A DNA stretch of 64,000 bases from the NCBI RefSeq assembly GCF_009914755.1, contig NC_060936.1; one strand, 5' to 3'. Position numbers and translations under genes: made by a program. Below the pieces are notes generated by a model, which saw only the letters and a list, made by a program, of their open reading frames with translations, was not told the origin of the DNA and did no database searches. Positions 29,450 through 46,545 of the stretch are shown piece by piece. This DNA is from the human T2T-CHM13v2.0 reference genome, Homo sapiens. Numbering within the stretch: position 1 is the first letter of the stretch; every line of letters starts with the position of its first letter.

Positions 29450-31984
29450 CTTCCCCAAGTGCACAGACGATCTCTTTGAGCTGCACTGCCTTGGGATGGG
29501 GGAGAGGTGGCGTAGAGAATACAAGATTTTTCTTTGTACCTTCTTCGATGTGTCTTTTGTTATTATGTTTAAAAAACAGATATTTTCATTGCTCACTTGA
29601 TACTGGGGTGCGGTGGGGAGGATTTCAAAGGTGCCTTCCTGCACAGATAGTTGTTCAATTTGGTATTCTTTTGTGGGGATCATCACTGGATGATTCTATT
29701 CAGCCCTCTTGCCATGATTCTTTCTAGTATTTTAAATGAAGAGACACTTAAATATTGCTGCTGTTATATTTGTTCTGGCCTCTTAGGGACATCAATTATC
29801 ACATATAGTCACCATATTCTCTTTTGTTATGAATAATACTTTTCCTCTCATTGTTTCTTTTTATTCTTTCAGTCATTTTCATATGCAACTCCTAATGTAG
29901 TAGCAAAATTTTAATTTTAATTTTGCTATTGTGTCTTTATTTTTTTAAATATCTTTATCTATGCAAATTCCATTTCATCTCATCCATTCTCTATTTGATC
30001 TTCATAAACTTTGTTGCCATAAAAAAATCTATAGTTATATTTTATGCACTACACACTTTAAGGATTTCAAACATTCTTATACAATTATCTTCTAGATAAT
30101 GCATTAGACATTTTTCAAAAGAATTTTCTTCCTCTCATTACTCTGGATGTTTATAACTGTGACAAAGCTTCACTGAGCCTGTATTTTTGTTTGTTGCTGG
30201 GCAAGTTTCTTTATTGGCCAGCATCACTCAACATTCATGATATATGATTTTCCTTGTTGGCTGTTATTTTTTTGTGCAGATCCAATTCCCTTCTCAAGTC
30301 ATCCTGTGGAGAGAAGGTTGATGACACAGATCTCAGATCACTTCTGGTCTGGTAGAAGACTTTCACATAGAACACCTCTGGTACAATGTGAGTCATCTTT
30401 TTGCTGTCCCCTGTGTCTGTTTCTGTTCTAATCTGATATGACAGAAAACTTAAAAAGCTAAAACTCCCTCTAGAAATATTTATTTTTCACTCTGCTTCAC
30501 TTGACCTACAACTTCCAGAATCTATTATGGTACAATAATATTTCTTTCAAATAATGTTTTTATAATTTGCAATCTCTGCCAGAATACAGAATTTTGTGAC
30601 ATATATCAGCATTCTGACTACCCTTTACTTTCTTTTTTGAAGTAAGAAGTACAAATCCTAAACAAAATGTGAAAGTTTTTTTATTTCCTGCTGTTTTAAA
30701 CAGATAAAGCAGATTTAAACTAGATATAGATAGAATAATTCCTATTGATGTTGATTTGTTTTTATTTTCACTTCAAATTATATGCATAAGCCAATTCCAG
30801 ATATATTAATTGAAACTTTCAAGGGAAGAGCGGAAAAGTATATTTTTAATTACTACTCTCAAAGATATTGATTCCAACTTTTGGTAAAGAACTATATAAT
30901 AGAGAGGTATCTCATTTTTTAGTTGGTATAAGAACCCCATCCTCTAAATCATTAGTGAGGAAATGAGAACTGTACATACACACTTTTTTTCATATGATTT
31001 TGTTTTATGAGAAGAATCCAGAAAATAACAACCTGTCAAAGTCAAAGTTAAATTTTCTTTATCTGGCTGCACTTTTCTTAGTTAGAGGTTCCTAACTACA
31101 TTTTGGTGCTATATTGTCTTAGTATTAGATATAACTGTGAGGTTCTGTTCTTCTCCCTTTTGCATCATAATAGTTTTAGCCAAAGTTTAGAATACTATAT
31201 CAGTGGATTCCAGCTGTATGACATTTTACCCTAGGATTTCTAAAAATTATTTTAATGGCACGTAAAAGTATGGCACAGTTGTTTGGAAAATTTGCTTGGA
31301 ATAACATAAACCTTGATTTAAATAAGAAAATTAATGTATGTCCTTTTAGATATTATTTCACATTCTCCCCAATTCTACATTTATATGAGCCTAATTATTT
31401 TTTGAATTATTCTGATAATCATCTGTACACATAATTTTCACACAAGGGCATACCTCTGGCTTTAGTGTTAAAGACATTACAAGGAATAATTTCAGATTCA
31501 TTCTTTTCTTATTTTTAATTAAAGAATTTAAGATTATTGGCTATATTGCAAAGTATTTGATCCTCCAACCTACACCTGTGGGTGTCCTACTTCATATTTT
31601 GAGGTAAGAAGCATAAATGCTAACCAAAATGCAAAATTTCTTTAATTTCCTGCCAAAGTTTAGATTCTATTTTTGCCAAAGCAGAAGAAAAGCACATTAT
31701 ACAGAATATGCCTCTCTGGTTGTCAGTTCTCCTGCCAGCTTTACTTTAGCACCATCGAGCTGCGACAGCAGATGGACTCCCCAAGTTAGCACTTGGAATG
31801 GAAAGGTGTTTAGAGGACCGTGGTGGTAAGTGCAATTCCTTAATGAGAAATTATGAAGAAGGCAGAAAGGAAAGTAACCTATTAAATTATGCAACTAAAC
31901 AGTAAATTTCAACCATTCAGCAGGTATTTTAAATGCATTTTTCAGATCCCGGGTTTGGGATAAAAAGATTTCTATTAGTTCGCT

Positions 31985-32620
31985 TCTCAAATCCAACAGT
32001 CAATTCTCAGATCTCATCCTACTTGTCAGCATTTGCACATTTGATTATTCTTTTTGAAAAAAAATTTATTCACATTCACATGGACTACACGCAAAGATTA
32101 TTTTCTTCCAACCTCACTGGTGGATACTCTGCCCTATCCTTTCTAGAACTATCTCTTCCTCATCAGTGGTAAATTTTCGAATTCCTCAAAGCTCAATCTT
32201 CATATTTCTTTGCTTTCCAAAAATGATCTCATTTAGACCCATAGCTTTAAAGGCCACTGACCCATTTATGCCAGAGGTTGCAATTTTTTGAATGTTTGCA
32301 TGAGTGAAAAATCAGACCTTAGTGATGACCTTGAGCAGTAGGATATAAATAATTCCCACATGCTTAGTGTTCCAATAATGGAACACTAGGCATAAGGGAT
32401 AGTATGTTGATGGGTCCAAAATTTTCATATTTACTTCAAACTTCTTATATGAACTATAGATCTGAAATTTTAAAAACAGTTTAAAGTGCTCACTTGAGAG
32501 TCTGTACAGTATTTCAAAAGTATGAGTCCAAACGTTCTACTTTCTATAACCTGATCTACTCTTACTGTTCTTTATGGTAATACATGGCACCATCGTTTCA
32601 CTTCCACCCATCCTGTGGGA
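31985..32620 (+). mobile_element. L2 fragments, interrupted by MER85
   Basis: Degenerate L2 motifs (tacttgtcagcatttg; tttcttccaacctcactgg). Confidence 0.5.
32261..32398. mobile_element. MER85 piggyBac (PGBD3-derived) MITE
   Basis: ~140 bp; terminal repeats cccatttatgcc...ggcataaggg; internal palindrome gttccaataatggaac. Confidence 0.9.
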
Positions 32621-32699
32621 TTTATCCTCCTATAATATACAACTAGAAAACTTGACAAATTATATGAGGCAGCTGTTTTTAGACATTGAACTGAGACAG

Positions 32700-33600
32700 A
32701 GTAGTGGTATGTGGAAGCTATCATCAAAACTGGCTCCCAATGATCCCTTCCTTCTTGTACTCATACCCTGATGTGTTTACCTCTCACATTGAATAGGACT
32801 GACCTATGCAGCCATTGTAGTATGGTTAAAATTATTATGTGTGACTTCCAAGGCTATTTCCTTAAAAAATTGTGATTTCTACCTTTCGCTCTTTTGAAAA
32901 TCTTTAACGGGAGAAGCCAGATAAAAGAAATGAAGATAGCCTGTGGAGAGATCCATGTGAAGAGGATACAAAACCTCTTGCTAATAGCCATACGAGTGAT
33001 CCAAGTTTGAATCGGATACTCCAAGCTCAGTTGAGCTACCAGATAAGCTCAACTTAAATCAATATATTTACTACAATCTATGAGAAACCTTGAGCTAAAA
33101 CCACCCAGAAAAGTTATTACAAGATTCCTGATCCACCCAGAAATATGTAAAATAATAAATTTATATTGTTATAGGCTGTTACATTTTAAGATAATAAAGT
33201 ACTCAGCAATACATAACTAATACAGATCTAGGAAATCTGAAAGTGGAGAGCTACTACTAAACTAAAATATGGGAGAGGATTTTAGAATTAGACAATGATC
33301 AGAAGCTACAAGGACTCTTATGAGAGAGCTAGTGAAATACTAATGTTTTGAATAGAAAGCTGATGGACTTTGAAGAGGCTGTCAGTGAGGGCTTAAAGGA
33401 AAGTGAGGAAATTGTTATTAGGAACTAGAAGAATGGGAATACTGATTATTTAGTGGCAGAAACTTCAGCAACACAGTTGACTGCAGTAATGTGGAAAATA
33501 GAAAATGTATCCAGTGAACTGGATGATGAAGCTAAGAACATTTCCAGGAAGTATTAATGGTGCCACCAAGTTTATTTTTGCTGCTTATGGTAAAATGTGA
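32700..33600 (+). mobile_element. MLT1-family LTR plus start of the MLT1 internal region
   Basis: LTR ends ...aatacataactaataca (~33224), followed by MLT-int-like sequence. Confidence 0.65.
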
Positions 33601-34129
33601 AGTTTGATTTACATAGTTCCAAAACCACTTATATGAACTTGATCTATTGTAGTTCTGCAGATCTGTGTTCTTGCAACTCATTGTTTAGTTCTCTGCTATT
33701 TTTCAAATATTTAACATACTAAACACCAAAATCTCCACACTCCACTATATGTACTGTATATATTGCCACTGTGTCTCAACTAGTCTTCTGATTATTTTAT
33801 AAGTTATTTGTGAACATTTGAGAACACTGTGCAGCTCAATCAGCCTTTACTTGTGCAATTAGAATTTGTCTTCAGAATTTGGTAGTTTATGACTCTCTGA
33901 GCAAGAGAGATTGACAAGAAAATAAGTAAATTTTAGTCTTGTTGCCTGAAAAACTAGTAAAAGTAGAGTAAAATTTGATCTTTTTTATATTCAAGAGCTT
34001 AAATTTCTGAAACTATGAGTGAAGAAAAGGGGGCAGAGCATGAAAAATCTAAGGGTTTATATTTTCCATCTTTTTGAACTGGACTTGGATTTAGCATCTC
34101 CAGAAAATAAGCTACAGGAAATTCAAATA

Positions 34130-34490
34130 GTTATGTTGTATGTGGAAATGCTGAAGAAACCACAAGTGTTTAGCCTACAGATAAAAAGACTTAGGGCAGA
34201 GAGGGGAAATTATGACAATTATCTCCAAACGTCTTAAAAGAGATCATTTGCTAGTAAAGCACATTTTTTGCCTGTTTTACTATAAAACACAAAACAAGCA
34301 TCCGTCTTGAATAGTGTAAAGGAGCTATCCTCTACTTAAATATAGAATCGTATGATAGAGTGTGTCACTTATGGAATGATCAGCCTACTAAAGTCATGAG
34401 CTCTTCATCACTGTTGTAGAACAGATTCATGGACTTAAAAGGGATTTTGACCAAATTCTCTATAATTCCTCTCTAATCCTTAGATTCTGT
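34130..34490 (+). mobile_element. L3/CR1 3' fragment
   Basis: gtgtttagcctacagataaaaagacttagg...ttagattctgtg. Confidence 0.55.
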
Positions 34491-36168
34491 GTTGTGTTCT
34501 TTTTAATATTTTGCTGTTTATTGGGACAAATGGCAAATTTTCAAAACACACTCTATTATTCTTAACACAGTTCGCATTAAAGGCAATGGAATACTTGGAT
34601 TCTTTTTTCTGTGTAAACTGAATCAAGGCAAATAATGTTGAATATTCTACTTATTTAATATCATTTTTATTTTATATTCTGGAAAAGGTAAAACTATAAG
34701 ACTCTTAGTAGTCTAGCTCCTAAGAATTTACATTCACCATTTACATAAAAATACACTTACTAGTGGTTAACACGGGTACCAAAATATCAGAAACGGAACA
34801 GTAAGTCATTGATTCAGTTGCACCAGTACCTACCTCAAAATTAGATGTGTGTATATTCATTTATGTATTTATCCGCTGGAAAATGATGTTAGATATTGAA
34901 GTTACAAATTATAAATGTAATCTTATCTTTATAATCTCATAGTCTAGAAGATACACACTTCTAAAATAGTAAATTCAAAAACATTATTTAGTAAAACAAA
35001 ATCAAGAGAAAGAATAATATGGTGTTTTTAGGGATGAACACTTATTTCACACCACTTGCCAGAGGGAAGTCTATAATTTACTTTTTTTTGCAGTCTCATT
35101 TAGTCTACCCTTGGACAAAAGAAAAATCTTACTTGATTGGTGAGATTAGCATGAAGCACTGGGGATGTGTAGCTCTGCCCTTTCTTCTGGAATCCAAGCT
35201 CTCTATAGATAATATGGGTTCTTCTCCACTATCTTACAGAGATCTATGGGGATCCTACATAAGCTGTGAAAGGTTTCAGTATCAAGAAGTCCACTTACTG
35301 GCAGAAAAATGCATAGTGCCCAATAATGCCTTTATCTGTTGAAAAAATTGTTTTCTACTTAAATTAGAATAAAGTTTCACTTGATCACAGTAAAATGGTA
35401 ATTATGATCTCAGTTATTCCACAATCAAAAGAAAAGTAAGTTTCTCACTTTTTTTTGTTTTCAAGTAAGGTAACATTTGGAACAATAAAATTGACCATTT
35501 TTGGTTTACAGTTCTTAAAGTTTTGACAAATGCATTCTGGTCTTGCAACTACCAACTTATATAATTAAGATAGAAAAGAGTTATATCAATCACCTGTCAA
35601 AATTCATCCATGCCCTTTTGAATATCTAAGTGATATTTTTCACCAATTTGGAAGAAAATTATCCATTATCTCTTAAATATTTTTTGTGTCGTATTCTCTC
35701 TTTTCTGTCTTTCTGGTAATTAAATTACATGAATGTTAGATGTTTGATATTGCCCTACAGGTTTCAAGACAGTCTTTCTCTTTTTTCATTCTTTTTCTCA
35801 TTAGTGCTGATTTCCATTGATCAGGCCTCAAATTTACTAAAACTTTCTTCTGCTGTGTTTGGTCTATTACTAAGAACACTGAATAAAATTTTTCAGTGTG
35901 CCTACTATTATTATTATCTGGAATTCAGATTTTTTCCTTTTATCAGTATTCATTTTCCTGTTGAAATTTTATATTTCTTTATCCATTTTGTTCATATCAT
36001 GTAATTTAACATAGCTTTCTATATAAAATAATTATTTTAAAGTCCTAATTCTAACATTAGAATCATGTGACAGTATGCTTTTATCATATTTTCTGTTTCC
36101 ATGACCACTCCTTTGCATGTCTTGTAATTTGTTTAATGTCTTGTAATTTGTTTATATTCTTTTTTTTT

Positions 36169-36555
36169 AAAAGACAAAAAACATGATCATTTTAATAGAT
36201 GCCAAAAAGCATCTGATAAAACTCAACATCTTCTCCAGATAAAAACTCTTAGACAAACGAGGGACATTACGTCAACCTAAAGGCCATATATGACAAACTC
36301 ACAGTCAATACACTGAATGGGAGAAAGCTGAAATTCTTTCCTGTAACATCTGGAACAAGACAAGGATGCCCACAGACACCATCCCTATTCAAATGTTGGC
36401 AAGGATGCAGAGAAAAGGGAACTCTTCCACACTGTTTGTAGAATGCAACTTAGTACATTCACATGAAATGTATGTGGAAAAACAGTAGAAAGACTTCTCA
36501 GAAAACTAAAAATAGAACTATTATACAATCCAGCATTCCCATTATTGGATATTTC
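36169..36555 (-). other. L1 3'-transduced DNA (itself old L1M sequence, sense on +)
   Basis: Lies between the two poly(A) tracts, inside the TSD of the full-length L1. Confidence 0.9.
36191..36196 (-). terminator. ATTAAA polyadenylation signal used by the transducing L1 RNA
   Basis: Lies 22 nt upstream of the distal poly(A) at 36161-36168 on the minus strand. Confidence 0.8.
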
Positions 36556-36773
36556 TTTTTTTTTTTTAATTATACTTTAAGTTTTAGGGTACATGTGCAC
36601 ATTGTGCAGGTTAGTTACATATGTATACATGTGCCATGCTGGTGCGCTGCACCCACTAACTCGTCATCTAGCATTAGGTATATCTCCTAATGCTATCCCT
36701 CCCCCCTCCCCCCACCCCACCACAGTCCCCAGAGTGTGATATTCCCCTTCCTGTGTCCATGTGATCTCATCGT

Positions 36774-40604
<3,831 letters not shown>

Positions 40605-40667
40605 TATGATGTTAGCTGGTGATTTTGCTCATTAGTTGATGCAGTTTCTTCCTAGTCTCGATGGTCT

Positions 40668-41684
40668 TTACACTTTGGCATGATTTTGCAGTGGCTGGTA
40701 CTGGTTGTTCCTTTCCATGTTTAGCGCTTCCTTCAGGAGCTCTTTTAGGGCAGGCCTGGTGGTGACAAAATCTCTCAGCATTTGCTTGTCTGTAAAGTAT
40801 TTTATTTCTCCTTCACTTATGAAGCTTAGTTTGGCTGGATATGAAATTCTGGGTTGAAAATTCTTTTCTTTAAGAATGTTGAATATTGGCCCCCACTCTC
40901 TTCTGGCTTGTAGGGTTTCTGCTGAGAGATCCGCTGTTAGTCTGATGGGCTTCCCTTTGAGGGTAACCCGACCTTTCTCTCTGGCTTCCCTTAACATTTT
41001 TTCCTTCATTTCAACTTTGGTGAATCTGACAATTATGTGTCTTGGAGTTGCTCTTCTGGAGGAGTATCTTTGTGGCATTCTCTGTATTTCCTGAATCTGA
41101 ACGTTGGCCTGCCTTGCTAGATTGGGGAAGTTCTCCTAGATAATATCCTGCAGAGTGTTTTCCAACTTGGTTCCATTCTCCCCATCACTTTCAGGTACAC
41201 CAATCAGATGTAGATTTGGTCTTTTCACATAGTCCCATATTTCTTGGAGGCTTTGCTCATTTCTTTTTATTCTTTTTTCTCTAAACTTCCCTTCTCGCTT
41301 CATTTCATTCATTTCATCTTCCATTGCTGATACCCTTTCTTCCAGTTGATCACATCGGCTCCTGAGGCTTCTGCATTCTTCACGTAGTTCTCGAGCCTTA
41401 GTTTTCAGCTCCATCAGCTCCTTTAAGCACTTCTCTGTATTGGTTATTCTAGTTATACATTCTTCTAAATTTTTTTCAAAGTTTTCAACTTCTTTGCCTT
41501 TGGTTTGAATGTCCTCCCGTAGCTCAGAGTAATTTGATCGTCTGAAGCCTTCTTCTCTCAGCTCGTCAAAGTCATTCTCCATCCAGCTTTGTTCCGTTGC
41601 TGGTGAGGAACTGCGTTCCTTTGGAGGAGGAGAGACGCTCTGTGTTTTAGAGTTTCCAGTTTTTCTGTTCTGTTTTTTCCCCAT
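40668..41684 (-). pseudogene. L1 ORF1, one premature stop at codon 183
   Basis: MGKKQNRKTGNSK... start; 1017-nt frame; TAG at 41136-41138. Confidence 0.95.
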
Positions 41685-42564
41685 CTTTGTGGTTTTATCT
41701 ACTTTTGGTCTTTGATGATGGTGATGTACAGATGGGTTTTTGGTGTGGATGTCCTTTCTGTTTGTTAGTTTTCCTTCTAACAGACAGGACCCTCAGCTGC
41801 AGGTCTGTTGGAATACCCTGCCGTGTGAGGTGTCAGTGTGCCCCTGCTGGGGGGTGCCTCCCAGTTAGGCTGCTCGGGGGTCAGGGGTCAGGGACCCACT
41901 TGAGGAGGCAGTCTGCCGGTTCTCAGATTTCCAGCTGCGTGCTGGGAGAACCACTGCTCTCTTCAAAGCTGTCAGACAGGTACATTTAAGTCTGCAGAGG
42001 TTACTACTGTCTTTTTGTTTGTCTGTGCCCTGCCCCCAGAGGTGGAGCCTACAGTGGCAGGCAGGCCTCCTTGAGCTGTGGTGGGCTCTACCCAGTTCGA
42101 GCTTCCTGGCTGCTTTGTTTACCTCAGCAAGCCTGGGCAATGGTGGGCGCCCCTCCCCCAGCCTCACTGCCCCCTTGCAGTTTGATCTCAGACTGCTGTG
42201 CTAACAATCAGCGAGACTCCGTGGGCGTAGGACCCTCCGAGCCAGGTGTGGGATATAGTCTAGTGGTGCGCCGTTTTTTAAGCTGGCCTGAAAAGCGCAA
42301 TATTCGGGTGGGAGTGAACCGATTTCCAGGTGCGTCTGTCACCCCTTTCTTTGACTCGGAAAGGGAACTCCCTGACCCCTTGCGCTTCCCAGGTGAGGCA
42401 ATGCCTCGCCCTGCTTCGGCTCGCGCACCCACTGCCTGGCACTCCCTAGTGAGATGAACCCGGTACCTCAGATGGAAATGCAGAAATCACCCGTCTTCTG
42501 CGTCGCTCACGCTGGGAGCTGTAGACCGGAGCTGTTCCTATTCGGCCATCTTGGCTCCTCCCTC
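41685..42564 (-). promoter_or_regulatory. L1 5'UTR with sense and antisense promoters, CpG-rich; YY1 site at 42545-42553
   Basis: Matches the L1PA 5'UTR; AAGATGGC(C) motif intact. Confidence 0.9.
42140..42457 (+). CDS. L1 ORF0, C-terminally extended (105 aa); expression unknown
   Basis: MVGAPPPASLPPCSLISDCC... matches primate L1 ORF0; splice donors at 42246 and 42330. Confidence 0.55.
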   Translation: MVGAPPPASLPPCSLISDCCANNQRDSVGVGPSEPGVGYSLVVRRFLSWPEKRNIRVGVNRFPGASVTPFFDSERELPDPLRFPGEAMPRPASARAPTAWHSLVR

Positions 42565-44057
42565 AATTTGTTTATATTCTAAGCATCATGGGTAATACAT
42601 TTTTGAGACTCTGGATGATATTTTGTTTTAGATAGCTTTGAGTTTTGATCCTACAGGCAGTCCATTTACGGAAAGTTAGCATTTATCTTACCAGACTTTA
42701 TTTTAAAAATGTTACGGTGATGCCTATCTCAGTTTTTCTCTTTGTCGTACAGCATACACGTTATCCCTAATGCATAAGCCTGGGCTTTTCTGGCATCTCA
42801 CTGAATATTTTTCTTGAAGTTCAATCTATCTTGGATAGGGTGGAGCTCCATGGTTTCCCTTGGAATTCTCTGTTCAACTTTCAGATCGCCACAAAATGCT
42901 CATGATATCTCTCAAAGAATGATTTCCTGGATTTGTTCAGTTTGGAATTTAGCCAAGGACTGGGTAAACTCCTATGCAGTTGTATGGGGATTTAGCCATC
43001 CTAGCAGCCTCAATCTTCATTTTCTCTCTTTTCCATCCAGAGACACTGCTTTTCCCTGAGCTCCATTTCCCTTCTTTGCTGTTTTAAAAGTGGTCTAAGA
43101 GATTTACTCATACAAAATGAGATCTCACCCTGGGCAATATACTTACTCTATAAAACCCCACTTTCATCATTGATTTAATTGTATATTTTGACATAAAATT
43201 TGTACAATTTCCTATTAGCTTTAAAATAGTTTTAACTGTGAGCACAAGTATCTCCCTTTCTTCAAAAATGCTCGCAAATGGTTTTGACCCACATCTTTGG
43301 GTCACTATGTTCATAATTTCATCAAATGCCAAATGAAAAATAACTCAATTATAAATTACTTTATGCTCTGAAATATAGAGGACCTTTTAAGGAATTAATC
43401 TTTCTCCCAAAATTAATGTCTTTCTTAGTAAATGATATGTATTTTTATAATTTAAAATAGATATTATGTTAAGAAATAGATATTTAATCATTGTTGATAA
43501 TATACCCTTATTTTTATTTAAATCTTAAAATTCAAATGTACAATAAAAATAAGTGTTCAACACAATAATGTAGGCTTTCATTGCTCCAGTTCATGTTCAC
43601 TTAGCACTTTGCTCATTGATTGTTATTTCAAAAAAATAAGTAAATGTTCAGGTTGCTTGATTTAAAAAGATGTAAATAAAAGGAGATAAATATTATAAAT
43701 TATTGACATTAGAAATAAACTTAGGTGTCATCTAACCTACCCTCTTTATTGCAACATCCATTATGTTACAGAATAGAAACCAAAAATCCAAAAAGTTAAG
43801 CAATTTGCCTAATACCTTATAGGTAAATAACAACCAAATTGAGATTCAGACAAGTCCTCCTTAACCCACACCACAATCATTTTCTTTACACTACAAATAA
43901 TATATAATATCTATCTTGACAGAAATAAGATATATGGATTAATAATGGCTGTCTTCAGAAAAGGGAATTGAATTTTTTAAATTTATCGAATCAATAAAGT
44001 TGTTTTTCAATATGACTATAGAATAAAATGCTTAAATTTAAATGGAAATTTTCTATA

Positions 44058-44416
44058 TCATCTTAGTCCACTTGGGCTACTAGAAGAATAATACCGTAAA
44101 GTAGACAGGTTATAAACAAACCTATACTTCACAGTTTTGGAGGCTGGAAAGTTCCAGTTTAAGGTGCTGACAGATTTGGTGTCTGGTAAGGGCCTGCTTT
44201 CTCATAGATTGCACCATCTTCCTATGTCCTCAAATGGTGAATTAGGATAGCATGTTTCCTCAGACCTCTTTATAAAGGCACTAATCCCATTCATAATGGC
44301 TCTACTTTTATCATCAAATCACCTCCCAAAAGGCCCACTTCCTAATGCCATCACCTTGAGGGTTAGTATTTCAACATGTGAATTTTGAGAAAAGTAAAAC
44401 ATTCAGGCTGTTGCAC
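44058..44416 (-). mobile_element. MLT1A-like LTR
   Basis: tcttagtcca...cacagttttggaggctgg...atttcaacatgtgaattttg. Confidence 0.8.
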
Positions 44417-45071
44417 ATATTATCTGACTAAAGTAGAATTTAGCAATATTTTGATTTCTAGAAGCTGAGCATGCTATCGGTTGGTAAGGACTATGTAGGC
44501 AATTGAAACCACTGTACTTATTTTGGTGTCCTGCTGCCATATATTTGAAAGGTTGATAAACTCTGGGTTCAAGTCTATATGTTGTTCACTAGTTGAATTT
44601 ATCCTAGTTTTTGAACATGTATCTAACATGCTATGTAAGCGTCCTGAAACAAGAATATGCCTTTTAGCATAATGTTACTTCTAACTTTTCTATTTTTAGA
44701 TATTGAAATATCATTCTTTCCATATATTATAGAATTTCAAAGGGCAGTTATTTCCTTTCAAAATGTGTTATAGAAATGTCCGGTTTCCTCTTTGACAGCT
44801 AGAGAGTTTGGAAGTCATCACTCTCAACCCACAACAAGAAAAAAGCTGAAAAAATGAAAAAAATTCAACATCAGCAATTCTCAGATACATTAAATCATCA
44901 AAGTTTGGGCAAACCAATTCTGAAAAACTGCAGATAGGCAAAAAAGACAATTACAAATTACCAAGAGCAGAAGCTGCTAGAGACAGTAACTACAGGCACA
45001 CCTCATTTTATTGCACTTCACATTATTGTGTGTTGCAGATACTGTGCTTTTTACAAATTAAAAGTTTGTGT

Positions 45072-45387
<316 letters not shown>

Positions 45388-45688
45388 TCAAGCAAGTCTA
45401 TTGGTGCAATTTTTCCAACATGTGCTCACTGTATCTTTTTGTCATATTTTGGTAATTCTCACATTATTTCAAACTATTATTATTATTATTATCTGTTGTG
45501 GTGATCTGTAATCAGTGATTTTTGATGTTAATATTTCAACTGTAATCACCAAGTAAGACAAATACTTTAATTGATAAATATTTTTGTTTTCTGATTGTTC
45601 CACCAATTGGTCATTCCCTTGTCTCTCTGCTTCTCATTGGGCTTCCCTATTCCGTGAGACACAACAATATTAAAATAAGTCAACTGAC

Positions 45689-46545
45689 TTTTATCCAAAA
45701 GACAGGCAACAAGAAATACTAGTGAGGATGTGGAGGAAAGGGAACCCTCATATATTGTTGGTGGAAATGTAAATTAGTACAACCACTATGGAGAACAGTT
45801 TGGAGGTTTCTCAAAAAAACTAAAAATAGAGCTACCATGTTACCCAGGAATCACACTGCTGAGTATATACCCAAAAGAACAGAAATCAGTCTATCAGAGA
45901 GATACCTACACTCCCATGTTTACTGCAGCACTATTCACAATAGTGAAGATTTGGAAGCAACCTAAGTGTCCATGAACAAATGAATCTCAATGAACAGGAG
46001 AATTTAGTACTTATACACAATTAAGTACTATTTAGCCATAAAAAAGTATGAGATCCTGTTATTTGCAACAATGTAGATGGAGTTGGAGATCATTATGTTT
46101 AGTGAAATAAACCAGGCACAGAAAGACAAACTTTGCAAGTTCTTACTTATTTGTGGAAGCTAAAAGAAAACAATGGAACTCATGAAAATAGAGAGTAGAA
46201 GGAAGGCTACCACAGGCTGAGAAGGGTAGTTGAGGGGAGCAGTGGAAGAAAAGTGGGGATAGTTAATGGGTACAAAAATACTTAGAAAGAAAGAATAAGA
46301 ACTAGTATTTGATAGCACAGCAGGGTGACTATAGTCAATAACAATTTAATTATACATTTTAAAATAACTAAACGAGTGTAATAGGATTATTTGTAACATA
46401 AAGAATAAAAGCTTGACATGATGGATACCCCATTTACCCTAATATGATTATTACACATTGCATGCTTGTATCAAAATATCTCATGTACCCTATAAATATA
46501 TACACTACTATGCACCCACAAAAATTAAAAATTAACATTTAAAAA
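45689..46545 (+). mobile_element. L1MA-type 3' fragment inside Tigger1
   Basis: ORF2 end plus L1MA 3'UTR; diverged TSD. Confidence 0.85.

Noticed and set aside
36541-36567. A TSD directly beside the proximal L1 poly(A)
   Set aside because: No match at the 5' flank; the true TSD is at 36145-36160.
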